Below are positions 47,938-58,734 of a DNA stretch of 64,000 nt, piece after piece. A program made the position numbers and the translations under genes. This DNA is from Deltaproteobacteria bacterium (GTDB taxonomy: Bacteria > Desulfobacterota > GWC2-55-46): assembly GCA_016218105.1 (NCBI GenBank), contig JACRET010000032.1, positions 17,175-81,174 of the forward strand. The letters run 5' to 3'. How positions within the stretch are numbered: position 1 is the first letter of the stretch; each line of letters opens with the position of its first letter. The notes under the pieces were generated by a model, which saw only the letters and a program-made list of their open reading frames with translations, made no database searches and was not told the DNA's origin.

Positions 47938-48558
47938 ATGTCAGCGGATAATTTCAAAATACTTATTACGGATGACGATGTCGATCTCCGGGAGCTTCTT
48001 ACAGAGGCTGTAAAGAACTGGGGCTATACCGTCTCTGTCGCGAAAGAAGGCGAAGAGGCCTTGAGGAAGCTCAGGATGGAAAGATATGACATCGTTATTA
48101 CGGATCTCATGATGCCCGGAATGGACGGGCTTGCCCTCCTTAAGAAGATTAAGGAACTGGACAGGGAGATACTGGTTATAATAATAACAGGGTACGCGAC
48201 TATTGAAACCGCTGTCAAGGCGATCGAATCCGGCGCTTATGATTATATCGCGAAACCATTCAGGCTTGACGAACTTATGATCGTGATAAAGAACGCCTGT
48301 GAGAGGCTCAGGCTTACCCTTCAGAATAAAGGGCTTTTAGACGAGCTCCGTACCGCGTACGGGGAGATAGCCGTCCTTAAGAACGCCCTTGCCCAGGTTA
48401 ACGGGAACATAGCTCAATCGACGGGCGAACAATCAAGCGCCCTTGACAGAAGCATGATCGCTCATCCGAAAGAAGGGCTTTCTCCCCAGAAACAGCAGGA
48501 ATACCTGAAGGAAGCGGATAGATTTATAAGGACAAAGCCGCTCCTGAAAACGACATAA
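47938..48558 (+). CDS. Response regulator: receiver domain plus a coiled-coil tail, no recognisable output domain
   Basis: 206 aa. ILITDDDVDLRE, IVITDLMMPGMDG, IIITGYAT and YIAKPF. Confidence 0.85.
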   Translation: MSADNFKILITDDDVDLRELLTEAVKNWGYTVSVAKEGEEALRKLRMERYDIVITDLMMPGMDGLALLKKIKELDREILVIIITGYATIETAVKAIESGAYDYIAKPFRLDELMIVIKNACERLRLTLQNKGLLDELRTAYGEIAVLKNALAQVNGNIAQSTGEQSSALDRSMIAHPKEGLSPQKQQEYLKEADRFIRTKPLLKTT

Positions 48559-48585
48559 CTTTTCAGAAGAGAGAGGACAACAAGA

Positions 48586-50124
48586 GTGCAGGCCGCGGTT
48601 GCCACATTAGACCAATTCAGGATAATGCTCATTGACGATGACGATTCCGTCCGTGAAGCCGTGGGTGAAATATTGACCAGGAAGGGCTGGAAGGTTGACG
48701 CGTTCTCGTCTGCCGAGGCCGCTATTCTAGCGCTTAGGGATAATCCATATGACGTCGTCCTGGCAGACATAAACATGCCAGGCCTCAGCGGTATGAATTT
48801 TCTTCTTATGGCGAAAGACGCCGCGCCGGATGTGCCTGTCGTTATGGTAACAGGATATCCCTCCATTGATCTCGCCGTTGAGGCCATGAAGATCGGAGCG
48901 GTAGATTTCCTTGCCAAGCCGTTTAAATCCGAGGAGCTTGAGATCATCGTCCGGAAAGCCGTCAGCGAGGCGCGTGTAGTAAGGACAGAGCACCCGGACA
49001 AAAAGACCAGGGCTGTTGAGAGCATGCCTGAAGTGGCCAGGAGAAGGCTGGAGGACAAGATAAAAGAGCTTTCGATACTCCACACGATAAGCGAAACGCT
49101 TGATGAGGTAAGCGAGAAGGATGACATATTCAGAAAGACGATGGATATAGCACAGATAATAGCCGATGCCGACAGGTCGTTTATAATGGTATTCGAGCGT
49201 GATAGCAATACCTTGACCGTGCACGCGGCATCCGGATACGAAGGGAATATAATCGGAGCCAATTTTTCGGCGTCTGAAGAGCCTTTTCACAGCGTCATCA
49301 GGAATAAATGCTATTCGCACCTTCTGGTAAACAGCAGTGAATTGGCCCCGCTTACCTCTGATTCAGCAGGCCCTAACAAGAGAAAGTCCCTCCTGCTCGC
49401 CCCCCTTATGATCAACAGAGAGGTTGTGGTGGTGCTCGGCCTTACCTGTAAGGAGGGAGGCAGCGATCTTAGGAACGACGAGCTTACGCTGCTGCTTAAC
49501 CTTACGGCGAAGGCGTCTCTCAAGTTAGAGAATATCGCGTTGTCCGACAATATTTTTTCGTCTATCATCGCCGCGTTGAATTCGCTCATAAACGCCCTGG
49601 ACGCGCGCGATACTTATACTAAAGATCACTCCAACAGGGTCACGCAGTACGCTTTAAAAATAGCCAGGGAGCTCGACTCCCATCAGGATATAATCGACAG
49701 CATCAGTTTCGCCGGCCCCCTTCATGATATAGGCAAGATCGGCGTCAGGGACGATATCCTTCTCAAGAAGGGACACTTCTCTGTTGACGAACGGGAGGTG
49801 ATGAAGTCCCACGTCGTAAGGGGAGAGGAGATACTTCGCCCCCTTAACCTTCTGTCGCTGGAAAGGGCGGTAGTCCTTTACCATCACGAGCGGTGGGACG
49901 GCACCGGTTATCCCAACGGGCTGGCCAGGAATGAAATACCGATGGTCGCCAGGATATTCAGCGTCGCGGATACCTTTGACGCGATGACATCCACCAGGCC
50001 GTATCGTAACGCCTTAAGCTTCGACGTGGCAAGGGACGAGATACTCAGGTGCTCCGGGACGCAATTTGACCCGGAGATCGTTGACGCTTTCATAAAATCG
50101 GATATTTCAAAAGGGAATGGCTGA
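48586..50124 (+). CDS. REC-GAF-HD-GYP response regulator (putative c-di-GMP phosphodiesterase, RpfG family)
   Basis: 512 aa with a GTG start. Receiver (MLIDDDD, VVLADINMPGLSG, FLAKPF), a central GAF-like region, and the HD-GYP signatures HSNRV, GPLHDIGKIGV and HHERWDGTGYPNG. Confidence 0.88.
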   Translation: MQAAVATLDQFRIMLIDDDDSVREAVGEILTRKGWKVDAFSSAEAAILALRDNPYDVVLADINMPGLSGMNFLLMAKDAAPDVPVVMVTGYPSIDLAVEAMKIGAVDFLAKPFKSEELEIIVRKAVSEARVVRTEHPDKKTRAVESMPEVARRRLEDKIKELSILHTISETLDEVSEKDDIFRKTMDIAQIIADADRSFIMVFERDSNTLTVHAASGYEGNIIGANFSASEEPFHSVIRNKCYSHLLVNSSELAPLTSDSAGPNKRKSLLLAPLMINREVVVVLGLTCKEGGSDLRNDELTLLLNLTAKASLKLENIALSDNIFSSIIAALNSLINALDARDTYTKDHSNRVTQYALKIARELDSHQDIIDSISFAGPLHDIGKIGVRDDILLKKGHFSVDEREVMKSHVVRGEEILRPLNLLSLERAVVLYHHERWDGTGYPNGLARNEIPMVARIFSVADTFDAMTSTRPYRNALSFDVARDEILRCSGTQFDPEIVDAFIKSDISKGNG

Positions 50125-50665
50125 TCACCACTCTCTAGGGTCGACCATGGACGATAAGAACGAACGTGCGTTTGTCCGGACAAATGACAACATACCCGTA
50201 TATTATGAGGTGTTGACCGACGGGGCCTTGCCGGGAGTTCAGTCCGATTGGGAGCTCCTTTTCGACGATATTGAACCTAAACCGGAAGAGAACCCGAGGC
50301 TATATGAGCTCCTTTTCGATATAAATCAGAAGCTCAATATCCTTTTGAACCACATGGCGGGCAAAAAGGATTTTAACCTGCCTGAAGCCAGGGACGTAAA
50401 TATCAGCGGCGGCGGGCTGAGGTTTTTCGCCAGTGAGTCGTTCCCGCCCGGGGAGAAACTCTTCCTGAAGACGTTCCTTCCGACACATGCCCGTGTGATA
50501 AATATCAAGTGCGAGGTCGTAAGGAGTATCCCAAACGGACAGGGAGGCTATGAGGTCGCAGTAAAATATGTCGACATGGATGAGACCACGCGCGACAAGA
50601 TCATCAAGTACATCTTCGCGAAGCAGAGAAAACTCCTGAGGTCGGAGAAGGATCCCGGCAAGTAA
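50117..50665 (+). CDS. PilZ-domain c-di-GMP receptor
   Basis: RAFVR (RxxxR) and NISGGG (D/NxSxxG) are present with a ~75-aa helical insert between them. ATG 50147 is an alternative start. Confidence 0.8.
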   Translation: MADHHSLGSTMDDKNERAFVRTNDNIPVYYEVLTDGALPGVQSDWELLFDDIEPKPEENPRLYELLFDINQKLNILLNHMAGKKDFNLPEARDVNISGGGLRFFASESFPPGEKLFLKTFLPTHARVINIKCEVVRSIPNGQGGYEVAVKYVDMDETTRDKIIKYIFAKQRKLLRSEKDPGK

Positions 50666-50708
50666 TATTACAAAGCCGTTTGAAGACCCTGGACCTTTAA
50701 ACCAAGGT
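50666..50708 (+). repeat. Gene-end repeat, family 2, copy (after pilZ)
   Basis: TATTACAAAGCCGTTTGAAGACCCTGGACCTTTAAACCAAGG aligns by eye with 59019-59061 and 63038-63085. Confidence 0.6.
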
Positions 50709-50859
50709 GGACAGAACCTGTTTATCCCGTACGATCCAACGCTTCCGCCATCCCCACCTTCTTACATATATCAAACGACAGCCCCGGTATAAACACCCCT
50801 GTAAATCCTCTTTCCTTTTAAGTATAATAAATACATTCCAACTTTTCCCGGCGGATCAA

Positions 50860-52236
50860 ATGATGGTTGAAAAGAAATTCAGGGATACAATAAAGCGCTA
50901 CAATATGCTTGATAAAGGCGACACGGTCATTGCCGCCGTATCTGGCGGCGCCGATTCTATGGTAATGCTGCATCTTCTCCTTCGGCTCAAGGGTGAGTTG
51001 AGCCTCAATGTCATTGTCTGCCACCTTAACCACGGTTTAAGGGGGGCTGAATCAAAGAGGGATTTTAAATTTGTGAGGGATGCCGCCACAAGGCTCCCCC
51101 TGAATTTCGAGGGAAGGACGCTCCGTAAGGGGGAGCTTAAAGAGAAAGGGCGTTCAACCCAGGAGGCTGCAAGAGAGGCGAGATACGGGTTTTTCATGGA
51201 GACCGCTAAAAAGCACGGGGCCCAAAGGGTCGCCCTGGGGCATACCCTTGACGATCAGGCGGAGACGGCGCTTATGAGGTTCATAAAAGGGAGCGCGCTT
51301 GGCGGGCTCTCCGGCATCCCGCCTGTAAGGGATATTTTCATAAGGCCCCTGATAGACGTATCAAGAGAAGATATAGAGGGGTTCGCATCTGAAAATGGCG
51401 TGGACTACATTACAGATTCAACAAACCTGAGTACAAAGTATCTAAGGAATAAGGTAAGGCTGGGGCTGATTCCTTATATCAGGGAGAACTTCAATTGCAA
51501 TATCACTGAAACCCTGGCAAGGACAGTCCGCGTTTTGGCGGAAGACCGTGACTTTTTGGAAAAATATGCCCATGATGCCTGCGCGCGCGCCATTCTCGAA
51601 CAGGATAAAAGGCAGGTTGTGCTTGACCGTCTTTACCTTGCAGGGCTTCACAAGGCGGTTGCGTCAAGGGTTTTTCTCATGGCCGCAAGCTCCCTTACGG
51701 GGGAGGATATCTACAGCGTACACGTCGATTCTATTATGGATATGGTCGCTGGCGATAACCCTTCGGCATCCCTGCGCTTGCCCGGAGGGTTAAGAGCGCT
51801 CAGGGAATACGACCGCTTAATACTTACGAGGACAAGGCTGAAACCTCCAAAACCCTTCGAGGTGGCCTTGAAAATCCCCGGGGCTACGGCTGTTAAAGGC
51901 GCAGGCGTTTTCAATTCGAGCATCCTTAAAAAGCCTCCTGCCTCTCTGGCTGGCGCGCCTGATGAGGCGTATTTTGATCTTGAGGAGGCCGGAGGAGGTC
52001 TGACGCTACGGCCTATGGAGCCGGGAGACAGGATCGTACCGTTCGGAATGAAAGGGCATAAAAAGATAAAAGAGATATTTATCGAGCAGAAGGTCCCGAA
52101 GGAGCGGAGATCAGCTTACCCGCTCCTGTGCAAGGGCGACGTCATACTTTGGATACCCGGAATAAGGAGGTCAGGCCTTTTTAAGGTGACTGGCAGGACA
52201 AACCGTGTATTGAAGATATCATGGTCTCCGAAGTAA
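50860..52236 (+). CDS. tilS: tRNA(Ile)-lysidine synthase TilS
   Basis: PP-loop AAVSGGADSMVMLHLL and HLNHGLRG. I moved the start to ATG 50860 (MMVEKKF) because the 50707 extension has no TilS-like sequence. Confidence 0.88.
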   Translation: MMVEKKFRDTIKRYNMLDKGDTVIAAVSGGADSMVMLHLLLRLKGELSLNVIVCHLNHGLRGAESKRDFKFVRDAATRLPLNFEGRTLRKGELKEKGRSTQEAAREARYGFFMETAKKHGAQRVALGHTLDDQAETALMRFIKGSALGGLSGIPPVRDIFIRPLIDVSREDIEGFASENGVDYITDSTNLSTKYLRNKVRLGLIPYIRENFNCNITETLARTVRVLAEDRDFLEKYAHDACARAILEQDKRQVVLDRLYLAGLHKAVASRVFLMAASSLTGEDIYSVHVDSIMDMVAGDNPSASLRLPGGLRALREYDRLILTRTRLKPPKPFEVALKIPGATAVKGAGVFNSSILKKPPASLAGAPDEAYFDLEEAGGGLTLRPMEPGDRIVPFGMKGHKKIKEIFIEQKVPKERRSAYPLLCKGDVILWIPGIRRSGLFKVTGRTNRVLKISWSPK

Positions 52237-52349
52237 AGGCCTCTATTGGTCGCAGCCTTGAAAAATTTTCTTTAAATACAGCCGAAAAAGATATAAAATA
52301 TACGGTTTAAATATCTGAATTAAGGGGGCGGATTCTTCCGGCATATAAA

Positions 52350-52868
52350 ATGATAATGTCCTATAAAGGCATATGGCCGAAGCTCCATGATACTGTGTTT
52401 GTGGAAGAGAGCGCCAGGATCATAGGCGATGTGGAGATCGGGGAGAAATCCAGTATATGGTTTAACGCAGTCGTCCGCGGTGACGTCCACTATATAAGGA
52501 TCGGGGCGCGCACCAACGTTCAGGACAATTCGACCCTTCATGTCACCAAGGATATATTCCCGCTCATAATCGGAAACGACATAACGATAGGGCATAACGT
52601 GATACTCCACGGCTGCACCGTAAAGGACAGGTGCCTTATCGGGATGGGGGCTATCGTACTCGATAACGCCGAGATAGGCGAGGATTCGATAATCGGCGCC
52701 GGCGCGCTTGTTAAGGAAGGCATGAAGGTGCCTCCAGGAAGCCTCGTTGTGGGGGTTCCCGGCAAGATCGTAAGGGAGATCAGGCCGGATGAAAAAGACC
52801 GGATACTGAAATCCGCCAATAACTATATCGAGTACGCGAAGAACTACGTCGTTTATAAGGGCGTCTGA
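52350..52868 (+). CDS. Gamma-carbonic-anhydrase-like left-handed beta-helix (hexapeptide) protein
   Basis: 172 aa. VFVEESARIIGDVEIGEKSSIWFNAVVRGDV..IRIGARTNVQDNSTLH is typical of the YrdA/PaaY family. Confidence 0.85.
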   Translation: MIMSYKGIWPKLHDTVFVEESARIIGDVEIGEKSSIWFNAVVRGDVHYIRIGARTNVQDNSTLHVTKDIFPLIIGNDITIGHNVILHGCTVKDRCLIGMGAIVLDNAEIGEDSIIGAGALVKEGMKVPPGSLVVGVPGKIVREIRPDEKDRILKSANNYIEYAKNYVVYKGV

Positions 52869-52870
52869 CC

Positions 52871-53521
52871 ATGTTCGGGAATCTATCTTTTATAGGACTG
52901 CTTCAGAAGGGCGGGATAACCGTAATCATACTGGGCATCCTCTCAGTCGTCTCTATTACTATAATACTTGAACGCATATGGGCCTTTCGGAAGTTCAAGG
53001 CAGGCCTTGCGGCATTTTTCGATACGCTCGAAAGGACGTTTAAAGAGGGCGGGCTTACAGCGGCGGCGGGGCTTTGCGGCGGCATTAAATCTCCGTTAAG
53101 CCAGGTATTTCTATCCGGATACAAAAAGCGGGGGAAGAAAAAAGAGACGATAGCCGAGGCGATGGAGCTTGCCGGAAGGGCGGAACTTCAAAAGCTCGAA
53201 AGATTTCTAGGGGTGCTCGGCACTATCGGCTCCACAGCCCCGTTCATTGGTCTTTTCGGGACGGTACTGGGCATCATAAGGGCCTTCAGCGACATGGCGT
53301 TGACGCAGGGCGCGAGCCCCGCGGCGGTAGCGGACGGAATAGCGGAGGCGCTTGTGGCAACGGCCGCGGGCCTCTTTGTGGCGGTGCCGGCGGTAGCGGC
53401 ATATAACTATTTTGTAAGGACTATATCAAAGCATGGTCTGGAACTTGAGACCTGCGCCTCGGAATTCATAGACCCCTTAACGGCTCCTTCTGAAGTCGAA
53501 GAGGGACGCGGCAAACCTTGA
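52871..53521 (+). CDS. MotA/TolQ/ExbB-family proton channel protein
   Basis: 216 aa with 3 TM segments. LGTIGSTAPFIGLFGTVLGIIRAF is typical of ExbB/TolQ. Confidence 0.85.
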   Translation: MFGNLSFIGLLQKGGITVIILGILSVVSITIILERIWAFRKFKAGLAAFFDTLERTFKEGGLTAAAGLCGGIKSPLSQVFLSGYKKRGKKKETIAEAMELAGRAELQKLERFLGVLGTIGSTAPFIGLFGTVLGIIRAFSDMALTQGASPAAVADGIAEALVATAAGLFVAVPAVAAYNYFVRTISKHGLELETCASEFIDPLTAPSEVEEGRGKP

Positions 53522-53531
53522 AAAGAGCCAG

Positions 53532-53936
53532 ATGGGCTGGAAGATAAACGATAGAGACAGGATAATGGCAGAGATAAATATCACGCCTCTTACGGACGTG
53601 ATGCTGGTCCTCCTCGTGATCTTCATGGTAACAACCCCTCTCATAATGACGGAATCCTTTAAGCTTAAACTCCCGAAGGCGGTCACGTCCGATGCCGAAC
53701 CCGGCAAAGGCGCGGTAGTCGCGATAAGCCCCGGCGGCATCATTAATCTGAACGGCAAAGGCATAAGCATGGACGACCTTTATTCGGAATTGAAAAAGGG
53801 CTTTGATGAAGGCAGTGACAGGACGGTGGTCGTAAAGGCCGACGGAGACGCGCGCCACAGCCTGGTCGTCAAGGTGCTCGATACCGCGAAGTCCGCCGGG
53901 GCGGTCAAACTCTCTATCGCCACGGAGCGGGAATAG
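53532..53936 (+). CDS. ExbD/TolR-family biopolymer transport protein
   Basis: 134 aa. EINITPLTDVMLVLLVIFMV is the canonical ExbD/TolR N-terminus. Confidence 0.85.
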   Translation: MGWKINDRDRIMAEINITPLTDVMLVLLVIFMVTTPLIMTESFKLKLPKAVTSDAEPGKGAVVAISPGGIINLNGKGISMDDLYSELKKGFDEGSDRTVVVKADGDARHSLVVKVLDTAKSAGAVKLSIATERE

Positions 53937-53949
53937 ATCTCAGGGGCTG

Positions 53950-54927
53950 ATGTTGGGTAATCAAAGATACGCTTCAATCGACATAGGGACGAATACCTTA
54001 AGGCTCCTTATCGCCGAAGCCGATGAGGGCGGAAGGCTCAAGCCCCTCATATATAAGCGGGCGATAACACGCCTCGGCGGAAGCTACACGGAAGACCGTG
54101 GAATAGACCCGGGCTCAGCCGAGCGCACCTTGAAGGTGCTTGAGGACTTTGCAAAAGTCATCTCCGGTAACGGAGTCTGCCGTGTGCTTGCCTTCGCCAC
54201 AAGCATCGTGCGGCGGGCCAAAAACAGAGGGTTTTTTCTGGAGGCCGTAAGGGAGCGCACCGGTATCGGGATCACGGTCATCTCAGGCGTAGAGGAGGCG
54301 CGGCTCTCTTTACTGGGAGTACTTTCGGTAATCGACGATTCAGGCGGAGACAAGCTTGTAATTGACATAGGCGGCGGTTCGACGGAGTTCATTTTTACGA
54401 AAGATACCGGGATAGCAGGCGAATGGTCGATGGAGATGGGGGTAGTACACCTCTCCGAGAAATATCTCAAGGGCGACCCGCCGAAAAGAAGCGAGCTTGA
54501 TTCCCTTGAGCATGATATAAAAAGAGTGATCAAAGGCCTTAAAGTCCAGATGAATACGGGCGGGGTTGACCCGCTTGATTATTGCGGCTCCAGGGGGGCT
54601 GTTTTCGTAGGCACGGCCGGGACGATCACCACACTGGCGGCGCTCGACCAGAATCTGGAGGTTTACGACAGGTCGAGGATAAACAATTATACGCTCACGG
54701 TGAAACGGGTAAGGGAGATATACGGTTATTTGTGCTCGCTTACCCTTAAGGAGCGTGAAGAAGTCCTGACCCTTGAGAAAGGCAGGGAAGACCTCATAAT
54801 ACCCGGAACGGCCATAACTCTTCTGGTTATGGATGAGTTCGGTTTTGACGAGCTTAAGGTGAGCGACGCCGGGCTCCTCGAGGGTATTATAATCAGGGAA
54901 TTCAATAATGAAAAAAAGACCGCATAA
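53950..54927 (+). CDS. Ppx/GppA-family phosphatase
   Basis: 325 aa. [16 protein letters not shown] and DIGGGSTEF are actin-like ATPase motifs of Ppx/GppA. Confidence 0.85.
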   Translation: MLGNQRYASIDIGTNTLRLLIAEADEGGRLKPLIYKRAITRLGGSYTEDRGIDPGSAERTLKVLEDFAKVISGNGVCRVLAFATSIVRRAKNRGFFLEAVRERTGIGITVISGVEEARLSLLGVLSVIDDSGGDKLVIDIGGGSTEFIFTKDTGIAGEWSMEMGVVHLSEKYLKGDPPKRSELDSLEHDIKRVIKGLKVQMNTGGVDPLDYCGSRGAVFVGTAGTITTLAALDQNLEVYDRSRINNYTLTVKRVREIYGYLCSLTLKEREEVLTLEKGREDLIIPGTAITLLVMDEFGFDELKVSDAGLLEGIIIREFNNEKKTA

Positions 54928-54944
54928 CGTGGAGGTTCATATAT

Positions 54945-56402
54945 ATGGAGTATCTTAAAGTAAAAACTGCTTTGACCTTTGACGACGTGCTCCTGGAGCC
55001 TTCGTTCTCAAAGGTGCTTCCGAGGGACGTGGATGTGTCAACGAGGCTTACAAACGAGATCAGGCTCAATATTCCGCTGATGAGCGCGGCTATGGATACG
55101 GTCACGGAGTCCAAGCTGGCGATAGCGATAGCGCAGGCCGGCGGCATAGGCGTGATACACAAGAACCTCACCATTGAAGAGCAGGCCGCGATGGTCGACA
55201 AGGTCAAGAAGTACGAGTCGGTCATGATCATAAAGCCGATGACCTTGAATCCGGAGCAGAAGGTCGCTGACGCGCTAGAGATAATGAAAAAGGAGCAGAT
55301 ATCGGGCTTCCCCATAGTCAAAGACGGCGTCCTTGTAGGAATACTTACCAACAGGGACTTGAGATTCGAGACAAACCCTTCGCGCAAGATTTCAGAGATC
55401 ATGACCAAGAAGGTGATCACGGCCCCGTTCGGGATAGCTATCGAGAAGGCGAAAGAGATACTCCACAAGCACCGGATAGAGAAGCTGCCGGTAGTGGATA
55501 AGAAGAACCACCTCAAAGGCCTTATTACCGTGACGGACATCGAAAAGAGGGAGAAGTTCCCGAATTCATGCAAGGATAATCTGGGGAGATTAAGGGTCGG
55601 GGCGGCCGTAGGCGTTTCATTCGACAGGGAGGCGCGGATCGAAGCTCTCCTTAAGGCCGGGGCCGACTGCATCTTTATAGATACGGCGCACGGGCACAGC
55701 AGCGGGGTTATCGCCGCCGTAAAGTCCACGAAGAAGAGCTTCAACTGCCAGCTTATAGCCGGGAATATCGCCACGGCCGCGGCCGCGGAGGCGCTTATAA
55801 AAGCTGGTGTGGATGCCGTAAAGGTCGGTGTGGGCCCAGGCTCCATCTGCACCACCAGGATAGTCACCGGCATAGGGGTGCCCCAGATAACCGCCGTAAG
55901 CGACGTCGTCAATGTGGCTAAGAAGAAAAATATACCGGTCATATCGGACGGCGGCATAAAGTACTCGGGCGACATCACGAAGGCGCTCGCCGCAGGCGCG
56001 GACTCAATAATGATCGGCGGGCTTTTCGCCGGAACGGATGAAAGCCCGGGAGAGACGATCCTTTATCAGGGCCGCACATTCAAAGTCTACAGGGGCATGG
56101 GCTCGATAGAGGCGATGAAGAAGGGGAGCAAGGACAGGTACTTCCAGGAGGACGTGGAGAGCGAACTTAAGCTTGTGCCTGAAGGCATAGAAGGAAGGGT
56201 TGCGCATAAGGGGCCGATCGCTTCGACTATCTTCCAGCTCATAGGCGGCCTTAAGGCAGGCATGGGGTACTGCGGTTCAAAGACTATAACGGAGCTTCAC
56301 GAGAAGGCGCGGTTCGTAAAGATAACATCGTCCGGCTTGAGGGAAAGCCATGTGCACGATGTCACCATCACAAAAGAAGCCCCGAATTACAAGCAGGAAT
56401 AA
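54945..56402 (+). CDS. guaB: IMP dehydrogenase
   Basis: 485 aa. [10 protein letters not shown], a CBS pair, [12 protein letters not shown] (catalytic Cys loop) and [13 protein letters not shown]. Confidence 0.95.
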   Translation: MEYLKVKTALTFDDVLLEPSFSKVLPRDVDVSTRLTNEIRLNIPLMSAAMDTVTESKLAIAIAQAGGIGVIHKNLTIEEQAAMVDKVKKYESVMIIKPMTLNPEQKVADALEIMKKEQISGFPIVKDGVLVGILTNRDLRFETNPSRKISEIMTKKVITAPFGIAIEKAKEILHKHRIEKLPVVDKKNHLKGLITVTDIEKREKFPNSCKDNLGRLRVGAAVGVSFDREARIEALLKAGADCIFIDTAHGHSSGVIAAVKSTKKSFNCQLIAGNIATAAAAEALIKAGVDAVKVGVGPGSICTTRIVTGIGVPQITAVSDVVNVAKKKNIPVISDGGIKYSGDITKALAAGADSIMIGGLFAGTDESPGETILYQGRTFKVYRGMGSIEAMKKGSKDRYFQEDVESELKLVPEGIEGRVAHKGPIASTIFQLIGGLKAGMGYCGSKTITELHEKARFVKITSSGLRESHVHDVTITKEAPNYKQE

Positions 56403-56454
56403 GCTCTGCGGCATTAGAAAGAATAATAAAATAACCGGATAGGAAAAATTTCAA

Positions 56455-58002
56455 ATGGACATACACGCACAGAAGATCCTGATACTTGATTTCGGCTCTC
56501 AGTACACACAGCTCATCGCCAGAAGGGTCAGGGAAGCAAAGGTCTACTCCGAGATACATCCGTTTAACTGCGGCATGGATTTCATAAAGGCGTTTAACCC
56601 GAAGGGCATCATACTGTCAGGCGGGCCTTCGAGCGTCTATGACAAGGGCGCTCCAACTGTTCATAAGTCCATTTTTGACCTCGATATCCCTATCCTCGGC
56701 ATCTGCTACGGCATGCAGCTTACCGCAAAGCTGCTCGGCGGCAAGGTCGAGAAGTCTAAAAAGAGGGAGTACGGCGGGGCGGATCTGATAATAGGAAACG
56801 CCGGCGATCTGTTTTTTGGTCTTGGCATGGGCGGGTTAAAGGTCTGGATGAGCCATGGGGACAAGGTAGAGGTACTGCCGCCTGGTTTTAAGACCATAGC
56901 GCGGAGCGCGAACTCCGATATCTGCGCGATCAAGGATGACACCCGTAAGATATACGGGGTGCAGTTCCATCCGGAGGTCGTCCATACGCCCAAGGGCGGC
57001 AGGATACTCAAGAACTTCGTATTCAGGATATGCGGGTGCGAGCCGGCATGGACGATGAAGTCCTTTATCGAGACCGCAATCTCCGACATACAGGCAAAGG
57101 CAGGCGCTGACAAGGTCGTTTGCGGCATCAGCGGCGGCGTCGATTCGGCGGTCGCGGCCCTCCTCGTCCACAAGGCCATAGGGAAAAACCTGACCTGCAT
57201 ATTCGTAGATAACGGGGTTTTACGCAAGGGCGAGGCGGATAAGGTCGAGGCGACCCTTAAGAAGAGCTTCCATATGAACATCAGGAGGATCGACGCCTCT
57301 AAAAGGTTTTTAGGGAAGTTAAAAGGCATTGAAGACCCGGAAAAGAAGAGAAAGATAATCGGCGGCGAGTTCGTAAGGGTCTTTGAAGAAGAGGCCGGAA
57401 AAATAAAGAACGTGAAGTTCCTCGCGCAGGGGACCCTCTATCCCGATGTCATTGAGAGCGTCTCTTTCAAGGGCCCTTCGGCCACTATCAAGAGCCATCA
57501 TAATGTCGGCGGGTTGCTGAAAAAGATGAAATTGAAGCTCGTTGAGCCTTTAAGGGAGCTCTTTAAAGACGAGGTGAGGGCTCTGGGCAGGGAGATGGGC
57601 ATGCCGGATGAGATCATAGACAGGCAGCCGTTCCCGGGGCCGGGGCTCGCGATAAGAATTATCGGTGAAGTAAACGCGAAAAGATGCGATATATTAAGAG
57701 AGGCCGACGCCATAGTCCTGGAAGAGATAAAAAAGGCCGGCCTATATAAAAAGATGTGGCAGTCGTTCGCGGTGCTACTCCCCATAAAGACGGTCGGCGT
57801 CATGGGTGATGAGAGGACGTATGAGAACACTGTCGCATTAAGGGCCGTGGACAGCGTTGACGGCATGACGGCCGACTGGGTAAAGCTTCCTTACGAGGTC
57901 ATGGAGAGTATCTCAAGGCGGGTAATAAACGAGGTGAGGGGCGTAAACAGGGTCGTTTACGACATAAGCTCGAAACCCCCGTCCACTATAGAATGGGAGT
58001 AG
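56455..58002 (+). CDS. guaA: GMP synthase (glutamine-hydrolysing)
   Basis: 515 aa. GATase ([15 protein letters not shown]), PP-loop ([10 protein letters not shown]) and C-terminal PPSTIEWE. Confidence 0.95.
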   Translation: MDIHAQKILILDFGSQYTQLIARRVREAKVYSEIHPFNCGMDFIKAFNPKGIILSGGPSSVYDKGAPTVHKSIFDLDIPILGICYGMQLTAKLLGGKVEKSKKREYGGADLIIGNAGDLFFGLGMGGLKVWMSHGDKVEVLPPGFKTIARSANSDICAIKDDTRKIYGVQFHPEVVHTPKGGRILKNFVFRICGCEPAWTMKSFIETAISDIQAKAGADKVVCGISGGVDSAVAALLVHKAIGKNLTCIFVDNGVLRKGEADKVEATLKKSFHMNIRRIDASKRFLGKLKGIEDPEKKRKIIGGEFVRVFEEEAGKIKNVKFLAQGTLYPDVIESVSFKGPSATIKSHHNVGGLLKKMKLKLVEPLRELFKDEVRALGREMGMPDEIIDRQPFPGPGLAIRIIGEVNAKRCDILREADAIVLEEIKKAGLYKKMWQSFAVLLPIKTVGVMGDERTYENTVALRAVDSVDGMTADWVKLPYEVMESISRRVINEVRGVNRVVYDISSKPPSTIEWE

Positions 58003-58007
58003 CTGAC

Positions 58008-58724
58008 ATGGTCGAGGATCTTAAGGGCAAGGAAACCTGGCGTCTGTTCAGGATCATGAGCGAGTTCATAGAGGGTTTCGACGAGCTCTCGGAGATCGGG
58101 CCGGCGGTATCCATATTCGGCTCAGCCCGGATAGGGAAGAACAACAAGTATTACAAGAAGACCGTAGAGGTCTCGCACCTGCTCTCAAAAAACGGTTATA
58201 CCATAATAACAGGCGGAGGCCCGGGGATAATGGAGGCGGCCAATAAAGGCGCTTCGTTGAACGGCGGGGCCTCAATAGGCCTGAACATAACCCTTCCTAA
58301 GGAGCAGAAGCCGAACAGGTATCAGAACAGATCCCTCCATTTCAAATACTTTTTCGCGAGAAAAGTGATGTTCGTGAAGTACGCCATAGGGTATGTCTGC
58401 ATGCCAGGCGGATACGGCACGCTCGATGAGTTCTTCGAGGCGCTGACGCTTATCCAGACACACAAGATATACCCGTTCCCGCTCATCCTGTTCGGGCGGG
58501 AGTACTGGGCGCCTCTTCTTGATTTTATGAAAAAGACGATGATGAAGCACAAGACCATCACGCCGGAAGACCTTAATTTTATCGATATCACCGACAGCCC
58601 CAAAGAGGTGCTGAATATTATCAACAGGCATATGGACAAAAAGATGAAGCTCATAAAAGGCTCTCAGGCACAAGACAGGGAGAGTGGAGCTTCAAAGGTC
58701 AAAAACAGGAAGCTTGTGCCATAA
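58008..58724 (+). CDS. LOG-family (TIGR00730-type) Rossmann-fold nucleotide-binding protein
   Basis: VSIFGSAR, ITGGGPGIMEAANKGA and PGGYGTLDEFFE. I prefer ATG 58008 over 57993. Confidence 0.85.
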   Translation: MVEDLKGKETWRLFRIMSEFIEGFDELSEIGPAVSIFGSARIGKNNKYYKKTVEVSHLLSKNGYTIITGGGPGIMEAANKGASLNGGASIGLNITLPKEQKPNRYQNRSLHFKYFFARKVMFVKYAIGYVCMPGGYGTLDEFFEALTLIQTHKIYPFPLILFGREYWAPLLDFMKKTMMKHKTITPEDLNFIDITDSPKEVLNIINRHMDKKMKLIKGSQAQDRESGASKVKNRKLVP

Positions 58725-58734
58725 GGAGTAAGAC

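Noticed and set aside
48462-49262. 266-aa ORF on the - strand
   Set aside because: It is antisense to the REC and REC-GAF-HD-GYP genes. The composition is Ser-rich and shadow-like.
50707-50859. 51-codon N-terminal extension of tilS in the ORF track
   Set aside because: The extension covers the family-2 repeat and a promoter-like AT-rich region and shows no TilS similarity. ATG 50860 precedes the PP-loop at the normal distance.
52350-52868. Hexapeptide-repeat protein as the missing PseH acetyltransferase
   Set aside because: Its sequence pattern is that of gamma-carbonic-anhydrase/PaaY-like proteins. It lies 9 kb from the operon in a housekeeping context. I cannot exclude the role, but nothing supports it.
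52871-53936. ExbB/ExbD-like pair as a second flagellar stator
   Set aside because: The second protein is a 134-aa ExbD/TolR type and has no OmpA-like peptidoglycan-binding domain. It also lies among housekeeping genes, so a Ton/Tol-type energiser is more likely.
54902-55978. 358-aa ORF on the - strand
   Set aside because: It lies entirely antisense to the unambiguous guaB gene. The sequence is low-complexity and Ser/Thr/Ala-rich with no motif, so I treat it as a shadow ORF.
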